From: an uncultured virus (IMG/VR IMGVR_UViG_3300018475_001835) | Lineage: Duplodnaviria; Heunggongvirae; Uroviricota; Caudoviricetes | Direction: 5' to 3' (one strand) | Length of the DNA stretch: 20,000 bases | Virus record (IMG/VR): IMGVR_UViG_3300018475_001835 | In this document: positions 1 through 9,308 of the stretch, piece by piece | Layout of the letters: each line of letters starts with the position of its first letter | How positions within the stretch are numbered: position 1 is the stretch's first letter | Translations under genes and position numbers: made by a program | Notes under the pieces: generated by a model | Told to the model about the DNA's origin: nothing | What the model saw: the letters and a program-made list of their open reading frames with translations, nothing else | Database searches by the model: none

Positions 1-1
1 G

Positions 2-58
2 ATAAAGAGGAAGGATTTTACCGATGAAATGAAAGTAAATTATTTCGGAGGTAAATAG
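2..58 (+). CDS. 3' end of an upstream gene (partial; ...IKRKDFTDEMKVNYFGGK*)
   Basis: Frame 2 is open from the window edge to TAG 56-58, directly abutting the ATG at 59. Its final GGAGGT doubles as the next gene's SD. Confidence 0.4.
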   Translation: MKRKDFTDEMKVNYFGGK

Positions 59-337
59 ATGAGTAAACTTAAAGAAGCTTATGATATTAGAAAAGAATTA
101 ATTTCTAAAGATATCACTAAGCTTGGTAATATTCTTAAGAAAAATAATAATATAGAAACTATTAATATTAATCCTGACAATACAATATATTTAGAATCTG
201 AATGCGGTATAGATTCTATAAAAAATACTTTAGATTTAAGTGTGCAAAAATTGGTGAATAGGAAAATTAATGCTCCTATAAATATGGTATATAATACATT
301 ACCTTTAACTAATAATACTTGTATTATTAGATTTTAA
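59..337 (+). CDS. hypothetical phage protein (92 aa)
   Basis: ORF with GGAGGT SD at 47-52, followed by a terminator hairpin at 362-385. Confidence 0.75.
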   Translation: MSKLKEAYDIRKELISKDITKLGNILKKNNNIETININPDNTIYLESECGIDSIKNTLDLSVQKLVNRKINAPINMVYNTLPLTNNTCIIRF

Positions 338-361
338 AAGTTATTAAAAACAAAAAGTATG

Positions 362-391
362 CCCGTAGGGAGTAATCCCTACGGGTCTTTT
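362..391. terminator. intrinsic terminator between convergent genes, probably bidirectional
   Basis: Perfect 10-bp stem CCCGTAGGGA-GTAA-TCCCTACGGG (362-385) with a GNRA loop. TCTTTT follows on +, and an A-rich tract precedes it. Confidence 0.8.
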
Positions 392-500
392 CACGTTATT
401 AATGTGTGTATATTTAGTTGTCGTACGTCTGGGTTTTGTAATATTAAATTGTAATTTTTGATAATGTATATTATATATAGTTAATAACGTGAACTATCTT

Positions 501-1481
501 TTAGAGATTGGTAAGATACTCATCTATGAATTCTTCATTTACATTAGCCATGTTAGTTGTATTTACCATCTCAAGCATAGTATATATTAATTGCGCAGAA
601 TTAACTATTCCATCCATATCTACTGCGCCTTCATGCATAAAATGAGACTTGAGAGCCTCATCTTTAAACACTGATGTTGTAAGAGCTTCAACCATATATC
701 CAAATACAGAATTATCTCTAGTTGCTTTCTTCTCATTAATTTTACGTTTAGCTAAACTTAAATAAGATTCAGCTACTACATCATCACTACCATCAATAGC
801 ATGAACTTTATCCTGTGCGTGCTTAATAATTTCTTCATATTCAATCTTATTAGCAGTATTAGTATCAATGAAATTAGTAATAGCATCAGCAACTCTATCT
901 TTAATAGCTTTAGCAGCATCAGCAGCATCAACATCTTCGAGCTCTTTATAAAAATCATCAACAGTATTCTGATCTAATGTTTCTCCACCTATTTGGCCCC
1001 AGTTTTCAACACTGTCGTCACAGCAATCAAAACCTTCAAGAACTCTATCATAATATTTCTTAGTAATTCTGCTAAACTCAGAGAGAATTAAATTCTTTGT
1101 AGCAAATGAATTAATAAGATTTCCAGCACCATTCTCAACAACAAATTTATTTACAAGGTTACGAGAAACTACTTTATCTCTTGAAGTCATTGGGAATCCT
1201 ACTGATTCTTTATAAAGTTTATAAATACATTCTGCCATGAATGCTTCTTTAATTTTAGTCAATCTTTCAGATCTTGTTATAGATGAATTAATACGAGCTT
1301 CATTATATTCTTTTTGCTGCTCAAAATAAGCTTCACGCTCACGCTGTTCAGCAGTCTGTTCAGCAATAATTTTATCTTGTTCAGATGCAAGTAAATCAGC
1401 TTGCTGCTCACGATACATACGATCAAGTTGAGAAGCACTAAGAAGCATATTATCTGTAGCTTTATTCATATTATAAATCAT
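501..1481 (-). CDS. putative virion structural protein (326 aa, acidic, helical)
   Basis: ORF with AAAGGAGGT SD and its own late-type promoter motif at 1505-1519. It starts MIYN and has several x-x-E/[AS] sites (IKEA, VAES, MVEA). Function is inferred from context only. Confidence 0.6.
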   Translation of the reverse strand: MIYNMNKATDNMLLSASQLDRMYREQQADLLASEQDKIIAEQTAEQREREAYFEQQKEYNEARINSSITRSERLTKIKEAFMAECIYKLYKESVGFPMTSRDKVVSRNLVNKFVVENGAGNLINSFATKNLILSEFSRITKKYYDRVLEGFDCCDDSVENWGQIGGETLDQNTVDDFYKELEDVDAADAAKAIKDRVADAITNFIDTNTANKIEYEEIIKHAQDKVHAIDGSDDVVAESYLSLAKRKINEKKATRDNSVFGYMVEALTTSVFKDEALKSHFMHEGAVDMDGIVNSAQLIYTMLEMVNTTNMANVNEEFIDEYLTNL

Positions 1482-1504
1482 TAGTTCGTACCTCCTTTAT
1501 AGTC

Positions 1505-1519
1505 TTATTTAAATGTTTT
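1505..1519 (-). promoter_or_regulatory. putative late promoter (AACA-N6-TA)
   Basis: Minus strand reads AAAACA-TTTAAA-TAA, just upstream of the SD of the 326-aa gene. Confidence 0.65.
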
Positions 1520-1524
1520 GATAT

Positions 1525-4500
1525 TTAATAAACTGCAATAGTTATATCTGCAGTACCATCTGCTGTAGTAGATATATTTAAAAATTCAGGGCAAATATCT
1601 GCACTAACTTGCTCATCAAGATATATATGCTGACAAGCAGCACCATAATTATTTACATCTAAGAATTCAAAATATGTTAATTGCTCTCTATAATTATTTG
1701 TAATAAGTGTAATAATATTAGGAATATGAAGTTCATTAATCTCATTAATATCTTCGATATATTCTTTAACATCAATGACAATATCATCACTTATATACTT
1801 ATCTGCAGATGTGTTAGCTTCAAGAGCAAATTTCATTGATAATGCGACGTTATCAATATAATTAGTAACTTTAGTTGTATCTGCTAATTTAATCCAGCCT
1901 TCATATGGCGATGTAATATAACCCCATTGACCTTTAACTTTAGTTATATTAATTTGATCACCTATAGATAAAGTTCCAACAACATTAGTGTCTTCTTCGC
2001 TCTCAGTATTTTTAAACACTTTAAGTTTTTTAGTAATAACACGAACTTTATACTCTTGAGAAGATGGAATGCTATAATAAAACATTTTAGACGGTCCATA
2101 TGTATTAAAGAATTTAAAATCTATATCGAAAGTATCTTCTAATATATATAAGCATTCTTCAATATATTTACGTCTTGTTTCAAGATCATATACAAAATCT
2201 TGTACAAGTTCTTCGGTATTAAGATAATCATTTTTTATCAAAGGAATTCTTTTGATAGCATAATTATATACATAACCACCATCTTCATTTACTTCATATA
2301 ATGGTTTATATGATATAATTTCATTGCCATTGCTATCAAATCTTATAAATTTTTCACATTTAGGCGTATTATCAGAATCTAATAATGGTATCTGATCTAC
2401 TGTAACAGTACTTCTCATCATAGAACTATAATCATAATAGAAATCAATACCGCCATCAACGGTCATTATATTACATAATGTATATCCAGTTAAATCTACA
2501 AAACTATAGTTTTCAATAACACTGATTGATTTTGGATCTTTAAGTAATGTTTCTTGCACAAAGTCAGAATATCTGTTAGTTCTAAGATATCTAAGTATAG
2601 CAGTTTCATCTTTTGATTCATTGCCATTAAACTCTTGAACTTTTTTAATATATTCCTCTTCACCTTGTATTATACTAATTACATTTAGTCTTATTATCTC
2701 ACCATTATCAGTATATTCATAGTAAATATTATTTTTTAAGAAAGCGTCAATAACATCTTCTTTTGTTGGTAAAACATTATCAATACTAGTTCTATTATTT
2801 ACTGTAGATTCATTTAATAATGTAACTTCAGTCTTAGTACCATTAACATTTTCTATTATAGTTCCAATATTAGTTCCAAGATCAGCAAGAATAAATATTT
2901 TAGCAAAAGTATTCTTATTCATATAACCATGTGAATTCTCTATACTACCTTTATGCTGTAATTCTTCATTGCCACAGTTATAAATTCCAGTAATATTTAT
3001 ACGATTATTTAAATCCATATAATCGTCTGTTCCCATATTAAATTTAAATGTATAAATAAATGATTTTGGATCATAGTCTGTTAGCTCTGCTTCAACGTAT
3101 CTATACGGATGAGTTTCTGTTTCATCTGTATAAAGAACCATTACCATACGAATGTATACATCTTCTTTATTCCAAATAACTTCACCATTAGAATCATAAG
3201 TATGCTTAACTAATCCATAATCGGTATTAATATTATTCTGAGTCATAACGACTTCCATTGTATACTTATTATCTACTTCATGTGTGTTATCTTTATTAAA
3301 TACATAACCACGCTTCCAATTCATATTAGTTGCAATGAATTGTAAATCAGATTCAGTATTAATATTATCAAAAGCAAATGTTTTATTATCATTCATTATA
3401 GTAAGAAAATATGAAGATATTAAATCATCATCAATAGTAATAGCAAATGGTGTAGTATATTCAAATACTCTAACCATATTACCATCTTTATTAACTATCA
3501 TAGGATATGGATATTCTTCTTTATCTAATCCTTCTATTAAATTAGATGGTGGTATTATAGTAGCAAAATCATTATCTACATCTGTACCATGGTCATAATA
3601 ATAAAACTTAGCTCCAGGTTTAATAACAAGATTATTATTACCAGAAAATCCTTCAAAATCAGTTTGTTTTATTCTTACATTTAGCGTATTAGTTGGATAT
3701 ACATTGCCATCTTTTCTCATAAGCATATATGTATAATACATACGCTCAAATTGATTATCTTTCTTTTTCTTAAAATATAATTTACATTCATCATCATTAA
3801 TTGAATTAAAGAAATTATTAAGATCAGATGTGTTTATAATAGCCCCACGTGAAGATGCTTCTCTAGGAATTATTTTTCTAATATCTGCTATAGACTTTTT
3901 ATCTCTACCTGTTGTTGATATACCATCTAATAACGGATATATATAAGCGTACATGCCGTTGTAATTATTATAAGTTTCTGATTTAAGGCTGATTTTAAAA
4001 TTATTATTATAAGTGAAGTTACCACTAGCACCTTCAGATGTTTGTATATTAACCTTAACTACAGCATTCATTGACGGCATATATGAATCAGGTGAGAATA
4101 ATACTCTTATAGTATTTTCATTAATAAAGCTGTAATAACACCAAGAACCATCTTGTATTGTATAATCTATAAGACCAGAATATACAGGGGTTAAGTGGGT
4201 GGTTACTCCATTTTCAATTACATCAACGTCAAATGCAGCTAACTGTCCTGTGAAGTCAAATGTAACTGCTTTATTTTCTATAGGGCTACTGGTAAGAATA
4301 TTCTTTGATACTGTGGTTAGAGTAACCTGATGCAATCTTGCAGAGAATGCTACAAAATCAGTTCTATCTATAGTACATTGCATAACTGTAGTAATATATG
4401 GGTTTGTCATATCTGATATAGGATTACTTTGTTTAACCTCAGTAGTACCAGTTTTAAATAAATCATATATAGCAGTATATACGTATTTACCTTGAGGATT

Positions 4501-4965
4501 TTTTGTTCTTGTAAATATTACATCATAATCCAAATGAAATTCATGAGAACCAACCATTATTGGGCATTCTCTTGATAAAATAAATTTAGCTTTACCTGTG
4601 GTTTCATTTATCTCTGTAAAATTTGCTTCCATGTAAGTTATAGGTAAATATATCATCATGGTCATTACAGCAGGTTTAGCATATATATCAGAAATGCCAA
4701 GATTCATTGCATGATTAATAACATTTTTACTAAATTTAGCCCTTGTTGGTATTGTTTCATTAACATTTTCGGATATTACAACAAGAGAGTTTTGTAATGT
4801 TTGTGAGAACATTTCGTTCATATATCCGAATATACCAACTGTCGAGGAGGTATTATCAATATCAGTTATATTATCGTGTCTTACTTGATCTAAGAATTCT
4901 GTTATTTCATAAATATCAGTACTTAATATATTTTGATTATCTGTATTTGTATTAGTAGATGCCAT
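1525..4965 (-). CDS. baseplate wedge protein (T4 gp6-like) with an SH3b insertion near the C-terminus
   Basis: ETIPTRAKFSKNVINHAMNLG...AKPA and TGRDKKSIADIRKIIPREASSRGAIINTSDLNNFF resemble the two conserved gp6/baseplate-J blocks (ESFxxxAxxRxSVxxHAxxLGY; GGxDxESxxxIRxxAPxxxxxQxRAVTxxDY). SH3b-like segment at about 1868-2053. Confidence 0.75.
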   Translation of the reverse strand: MASTNTNTDNQNILSTDIYEITEFLDQVRHDNITDIDNTSSTVGIFGYMNEMFSQTLQNSLVVISENVNETIPTRAKFSKNVINHAMNLGISDIYAKPAVMTMMIYLPITYMEANFTEINETTGKAKFILSRECPIMVGSHEFHLDYDVIFTRTKNPQGKYVYTAIYDLFKTGTTEVKQSNPISDMTNPYITTVMQCTIDRTDFVAFSARLHQVTLTTVSKNILTSSPIENKAVTFDFTGQLAAFDVDVIENGVTTHLTPVYSGLIDYTIQDGSWCYYSFINENTIRVLFSPDSYMPSMNAVVKVNIQTSEGASGNFTYNNNFKISLKSETYNNYNGMYAYIYPLLDGISTTGRDKKSIADIRKIIPREASSRGAIINTSDLNNFFNSINDDECKLYFKKKKDNQFERMYYTYMLMRKDGNVYPTNTLNVRIKQTDFEGFSGNNNLVIKPGAKFYYYDHGTDVDNDFATIIPPSNLIEGLDKEEYPYPMIVNKDGNMVRVFEYTTPFAITIDDDLISSYFLTIMNDNKTFAFDNINTESDLQFIATNMNWKRGYVFNKDNTHEVDNKYTMEVVMTQNNINTDYGLVKHTYDSNGEVIWNKEDVYIRMVMVLYTDETETHPYRYVEAELTDYDPKSFIYTFKFNMGTDDYMDLNNRINITGIYNCGNEELQHKGSIENSHGYMNKNTFAKIFILADLGTNIGTIIENVNGTKTEVTLLNESTVNNRTSIDNVLPTKEDVIDAFLKNNIYYEYTDNGEIIRLNVISIIQGEEEYIKKVQEFNGNESKDETAILRYLRTNRYSDFVQETLLKDPKSISVIENYSFVDLTGYTLCNIMTVDGGIDFYYDYSSMMRSTVTVDQIPLLDSDNTPKCEKFIRFDSNGNEIISYKPLYEVNEDGGYVYNYAIKRIPLIKNDYLNTEELVQDFVYDLETRRKYIEECLYILEDTFDIDFKFFNTYGPSKMFYYSIPSSQEYKVRVITKKLKVFKNTESEEDTNVVGTLSIGDQINITKVKGQWGYITSPYEGWIKLADTTKVTNYIDNVALSMKFALEANTSADKYISDDIVIDVKEYIEDINEINELHIPNIITLITNNYREQLTYFEFLDVNNYGAACQHIYLDEQVSADICPEFLNISTTADGTADITIAVY

Positions 4966-4982
4966 ATTTTAATATCCCTCCT

Positions 4983-6074
4983 TTAAATATTATTTGTCCA
5001 TTTTAATTTATAAATTCGTGATTTTCCAGTGCCAGATTTACGTACATTTTGTAAATATTCTTCATCAGCAGTTGTCGGAACAATCACAGGCCATCTGACC
5101 CAGCTATTATCTACAGAAGATAAATCATAATTATAAGTATTTACAAAAGTAGGTCTTATAACATTACCATTAGAATCGACTTTATTTTTTGCAGGGGTTA
5201 TTCTATTAAATTCACTTAAAATCATTGGATTATTATCCTCTACAAATTGAGCATGGAAAGATGCTGAATATTTAAATCCGTCATTTCCAGGATCTCCAAA
5301 ATCATTTCTTGGCACATCTGTAAAAAAGCAACCTGTTAATTTAGCATAATATAAAATAGTCTCTCCATCACTGCCTATTAAGAATTTATAAATAGAAAAT
5401 TGTTCTGATAGTATTTTATTTATTATATAATCTTCAAATGGTGAAACTTCTCCCATTTTAAGCATTCTTATATATTCATCATATGCTTTAAGTAAAGTAT
5501 AAATTTCAAGTCGAGCAGTATCAGAAAAACTTAGTGAGAAATCATATCCATTATCTGATTTAAAACTATGACCCCTATATTGGATATTGACTCCCATAAT
5601 ATTAGAGGTGGATTCTCTAGATTCAGATGATATAGATGGCAAATCTAATTTAGAAGTTACAGCATTTGATAACAAATACATAAATGGATTTTTTACTCCA
5701 TTTCTATCTTTTAAAGAATATTGTAACTGCTTTAAAGCGTCTCCATGCCTATTATCAGCATCGACAAAAAATGGAATTACTGATAATTCTTTTCTAAGTG
5801 TAGATTGACTATAAGATTTTCCATCATAAATCCATAAATCTGGTTTTGTGAAGAATAAAAATTCTCTACTTATTTGATCTGTATTATATGGATCTACATA
5901 TCCAAATCTACTAAACTTATCATACCACTCAATATCATCTCTAGAAAATATTTTATTTGAAGCTAAAACTTTATCAAGATCATTAATCTTGATTTGTCTA
6001 TAACTATCAGCATAATTTATTTTATTTTTATTTTTAGGATCACTTAATGGTTCCATAAAAGTATGTTGCGCCAT
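4983..6074 (-). CDS. tail-tube-fold baseplate/tube-initiator-like structural protein (gp19/gp48/gp54-type fold)
   Basis: LDLPSISSE...IQYRG...YDFSLSFSDT...IYTLLKAYDEYI...YAKLTGCFFTDVP fits the tube-fold family pattern. Lies directly upstream of the wedge gene; SD GAGGTGA. Confidence 0.55.
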   Translation of the reverse strand: MAQHTFMEPLSDPKNKNKINYADSYRQIKINDLDKVLASNKIFSRDDIEWYDKFSRFGYVDPYNTDQISREFLFFTKPDLWIYDGKSYSQSTLRKELSVIPFFVDADNRHGDALKQLQYSLKDRNGVKNPFMYLLSNAVTSKLDLPSISSESRESTSNIMGVNIQYRGHSFKSDNGYDFSLSFSDTARLEIYTLLKAYDEYIRMLKMGEVSPFEDYIINKILSEQFSIYKFLIGSDGETILYYAKLTGCFFTDVPRNDFGDPGNDGFKYSASFHAQFVEDNNPMILSEFNRITPAKNKVDSNGNVIRPTFVNTYNYDLSSVDNSWVRWPVIVPTTADEEYLQNVRKSGTGKSRIYKLKWTNNI

Positions 6075-6100
6075 ATATTCTCACCTCTCTTATTAACTAA

Positions 6101-6115
6101 TTATATCTATGTTTT
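6101..6115 (-). promoter_or_regulatory. putative late promoter (AACA-N6-TA)
   Basis: Minus strand AAAACA-TAGATA-TAA upstream of the tube-like/wedge operon. Confidence 0.65.
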
Positions 6116-6156
6116 GGGCATGTAAATATACCTAAACCTCTATAACAAAAGCAATT

Positions 6157-6177
6157 ATAATTGCATAATATAATAGT
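6157..6177 (+). promoter_or_regulatory. candidate early/middle-class promoter
   Basis: ATAATTGCATAATATAATAGT is 16/21 identical to the minus-strand motif at 19627-19647. It overlaps the perfect palindrome GCAATTATAATTGC (6151-6164). Confidence 0.4.
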
Positions 6178-6299
6178 AGAAACTTATGAAGAGATTGTAA
6201 TTTACATAGCTTTTTACATTATATTTAAATCAAACCTGCACATTTATAGTTATTGAATTTAATTCAATTAAAGTTATTATCGAAAGGAATGATTTAAAT

Positions 6300-6617
6300 A
6301 TGGCTGAAAAATATTTGAAAACTGGAGCTCTTAACCCTGCATGGTGTGACGAACAATATGTAGCACATCAAACTGAACGTATCATGGATGGATTGGAGGA
6401 TTTTCTTAATGGTGATATAGATGCAAATCTTAGTTTAGATTTAGGAGATAATGTATCTTTAAATATATCTGGAAAAAGAACAAATAATAAATCCATGTGC
6501 GAATTAGTTGGAATTGACGAAAAAGATTACGAAGCAAAATTTAATTTCATCAAGCAGCATAGTGATAATCCAGAAGATTTAAAATTAGCTAGAGAGATTA
6601 TTGGATTAAATACTTGA
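6300..6617 (+). CDS. hypothetical protein (105 aa, acidic)
   Basis: ORF with GAAAGGA SD and tandem stops TGA TAA. No recognisable family. Confidence 0.75.
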   Translation: MAEKYLKTGALNPAWCDEQYVAHQTERIMDGLEDFLNGDIDANLSLDLGDNVSLNISGKRTNNKSMCELVGIDEKDYEAKFNFIKQHSDNPEDLKLAREIIGLNT

Positions 6618-6676
6618 TAAAGTATATATTTGGCTTAAAGCCACGTAAAACTACAATCTCTTTATTTTTTTGCTAT

Positions 6677-6691
6677 AAAACATAATATTAA
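6677..6691 (+). promoter_or_regulatory. putative late promoter (AACA-N6-TA)
   Basis: AAAACA-TAATAT-TAA immediately before the AAAGGAGGT SD of the 6715 gene. Confidence 0.65.
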
Positions 6692-6714
6692 ATATTGAAA
6701 GGAGGTCTATTAAG

Positions 6715-8034
6715 ATGAATCAATGTCAACAGCTGCACGAAACTATTGTGCGAGACATTCTTGATGTTTTTGATAACGTTAAGAACTTTGATCAAATTGA
6801 ATGGATTAGAAGTAGAAATAATGTAGGTTCGATTGCTAAAAGAGCAAGTAATTTAGTTTTAGTATTTCCTGTAATTTGCTCTACATCTATTAATATCCAA
6901 ACCGCATCTATTATTACTAAAGCTATAGAACGTAAATGTGTTTCACTTTTACAGATTCTTTTTAGCTCAATGCAATTAACAAGCGTTGATAACATGTATG
7001 ATTATCTCAGACAATTCCATAGCAATTTAGGTCTTAAAGGAAATCTTACCCTTGATGATTTTATAACTGTTATGGATAGAATGGTTGATGAGGGTGCTGC
7101 TCAAATTACAGACATGGAAGCATACCAAGCTGTTAAAGAAGATATGAAAAATATTAACTATCATCTTAGTACTGAAATTAATCCTACATCTATTAACGAG
7201 TACGTAATTCGTAAAGATATGTATGGCGATTCTCATGTAGTTAGAGAAGATTATAAGAGTTTTCTTAATAAAAAGATTAATACTGCTGTAGATTCTTCTC
7301 TTGCTAAACGCTCTGAAGAAATTTACAATGCATCTAAAAAAGTTGACAAACAGGTTGATTACTTTAGAAATCAACTTTCTACAGGTGAAATTAATAAAGC
7401 TAATGAGCTTATGCCTACAACAATGATTGTTAATTTTACTACTAAAGATGATAAAGGTTCTACATTTACAACTACTGGCGTAGTTGGTATTAAAGCTAAA
7501 TTATATCCTGTAGATTCTATGGATATATGTAATCGTATTGCATCTAAATATAAAGATTCTAATGGTTTATTTAATCTTGTTAGAGCATCTACAAGAGAAA
7601 TTTCTTTCTTTAGAGATCTTGCATTTGCTATAGATAAAGCTAAACTTGATGCTGTTATGATGGCTAAGGAATCTAATAATGCTAAGATATTTAAAGTTCT
7701 GGAACGTAGAGCAGCTAAAAATAGATTCTCTGCTTTACTTAAGAAAAATGATGCTTCTCCTATAACATCATTAATTCTTTCACAGGATGAAGTTGAATAT
7801 CTTAAGAAATATAATTCATTAGATATGGAAAAATCATATGTAACTAGAAAGATTCTTGAGAATTATAACTTAATGGATATTGTTATAGCTGATGAATCTC
7901 TTGAAGTTGCTAAGTTTCTTTTTGATGATGGCGATGGTGTATTTGAGACATTATCGTTTGATTCACTTGAGAAAGAAGCTAAAGATTCTTCATACAAAAA
8001 AGTTGTTAATCTTATGAGTAGAATAAATCGCTAA
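6715..8034 (+). CDS. putative virion structural protein (439 aa)
   Basis: Long ORF with a strong SD and a late-type promoter, co-transcribed with the 373-aa membrane-type protein. No specific family recognised. Confidence 0.6.
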   Translation: MNQCQQLHETIVRDILDVFDNVKNFDQIEWIRSRNNVGSIAKRASNLVLVFPVICSTSINIQTASIITKAIERKCVSLLQILFSSMQLTSVDNMYDYLRQFHSNLGLKGNLTLDDFITVMDRMVDEGAAQITDMEAYQAVKEDMKNINYHLSTEINPTSINEYVIRKDMYGDSHVVREDYKSFLNKKINTAVDSSLAKRSEEIYNASKKVDKQVDYFRNQLSTGEINKANELMPTTMIVNFTTKDDKGSTFTTTGVVGIKAKLYPVDSMDICNRIASKYKDSNGLFNLVRASTREISFFRDLAFAIDKAKLDAVMMAKESNNAKIFKVLERRAAKNRFSALLKKNDASPITSLILSQDEVEYLKKYNSLDMEKSYVTRKILENYNLMDIVIADESLEVAKFLFDDGDGVFETLSFDSLEKEAKDSSYKKVVNLMSRINR

Positions 8035-8051
8035 GGAAGGAGGAAAGAAAG

Positions 8052-9173
8052 ATGTATACTTATACGAGACCAGATCCTATAAAGGAATCTGATGCTTCGT
8101 TTACTGGATATATGGTAGATGAGACAAAAATGATTAAATCTTTTGATTATGCTTCTATATATCGTTCACAGCAATTTACTGAAGCTATGAAATATTTCGA
8201 TAATGATGATACAATGACAAGAAATATTTTATTATCTGTAAATGAAGCTGATCAGAATCTTGTTATGACTTCATTAGCTAATAAGTTATATGGTCATATT
8301 ACTGAAAAGGTAGATGAGATAGATTTTGGTACTATTCCTAATTCTAAAGGTGATATTACTAAGATTGATAATTATGAAAAACTTCTTGATTGCGTAAATA
8401 TCATTTCAGATATTCTTCAGCAATATCATCAGGATACTACTCCTGTAGAGACTGTTAGTCTTGCTATACAGAATATGGTTGATAGAACAGATATGTTTGA
8501 GAAAGCATACAAACTTAACGTAGAAATGCCTATTATTATTTATAATACTATAGTACTTTCTATCGTAAGTGCTGTATCATATATGATTTCATCATGCATC
8601 GAATTTGTTAAGTTACCTGAAGATAAAGGCTTTGAAATTGCAATGGATAAAATTTCAGCAGTTAAAGTCAGAGACTCTATCTTATTTAACGATCTTAAGA
8701 AATTCAATAAGATGTGTGCTGATGGTTCTTTTGATAAAGCAATGGATTATGTAATGAAACAGAACGCTAATAATTTTGCTGGAGCTTCATTCGCATTTGG
8801 CGCTAGTTCAATTGTAGTTGCTCTTGGACTTTTATTACTTATAATCCCTGTTATTAGAGAACTTATATTCTTCTTCTATTATTCGAAAGCTAAAGTATCT
8901 GATTACTTTGATGCTCAATCATCTTTATTATTAATTAATGCTTATAATATTGAGAATAATTTATCTAGAGATGAAAAGACCAAGAAGCAGATATCAGGTA
9001 AACAACGTAAAGTTGCTGATGTATTTAAAAAGATTTCTAATACTCTTAAAGTTAATTTAAAGACTGGAGAAAAGAAATCTAGTGACGAAATTAATAAATT
9101 AGATAAACAGAAATTTAAGCATGATGAGGTATTAGATAAGATGCCTGATTCTTCTAATTCTGTATTATTCTAA
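8052..9173 (+). CDS. putative virion protein with two hydrophobic, TM-like segments (373 aa)
   Basis: AGGAGG SD. Hydrophobic stretches IIIYNTIVLSIVSAVSYMISSCI (about 8532-8600) and FAGASFAFGASSIVVALGLLLLIIPVIRELIFFFYY (about 8775-8882). Confidence 0.65.
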   Translation: MYTYTRPDPIKESDASFTGYMVDETKMIKSFDYASIYRSQQFTEAMKYFDNDDTMTRNILLSVNEADQNLVMTSLANKLYGHITEKVDEIDFGTIPNSKGDITKIDNYEKLLDCVNIISDILQQYHQDTTPVETVSLAIQNMVDRTDMFEKAYKLNVEMPIIIYNTIVLSIVSAVSYMISSCIEFVKLPEDKGFEIAMDKISAVKVRDSILFNDLKKFNKMCADGSFDKAMDYVMKQNANNFAGASFAFGASSIVVALGLLLLIIPVIRELIFFFYYSKAKVSDYFDAQSSLLLINAYNIENNLSRDEKTKKQISGKQRKVADVFKKISNTLKVNLKTGEKKSSDEINKLDKQKFKHDEVLDKMPDSSNSVLF

Positions 9174-9185
9174 TTTTAATTAAAT

Positions 9186-9199
9186 AAACATTCATATAA
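9186..9199 (+). promoter_or_regulatory. putative late promoter (AACA-N6-TA)
   Basis: AAACA-TTCATA-TAA, about 110 nt upstream of the paralog array. Confidence 0.6.
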
Positions 9200-9212
9200 A
9201 TTATATAAAGAC

Positions 9213-9252
9213 ACTTTTTACCTTACTTTTTACTTATAATAAAACTTTTTAC
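9213..9252 (+). repeat. three copies of ACTTTTTAC in the predicted 5' leader
   Basis: Exact 9-mers at 9213-9221, 9225-9233 and 9244-9252. Confidence 0.7.
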
Positions 9253-9308
9253 TTTATTCCTTAAAAAATTTAAATCAAAAATAAATATTTGTAAGGAGGA
9301 TTACAATA

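Noticed and set aside
776..961. 61-aa hydrophobic ORF (and similar same-strand alternate-frame ORFs 9580-9906, 10423-10635, 10875-11060)
   Set aside because: Shifted-frame shadows of real genes; Leu/Met richness arises from GCT/GAT codons read out of frame, and no convincing SD is present.
1525..6074. Bacterial contractile injection system or tailocin locus
   Set aside because: The context (phage-type promoters, head-protein paralogs, small orphan ORFs, oversized wedge, no host housekeeping genes) fits a jumbo phage genome better.
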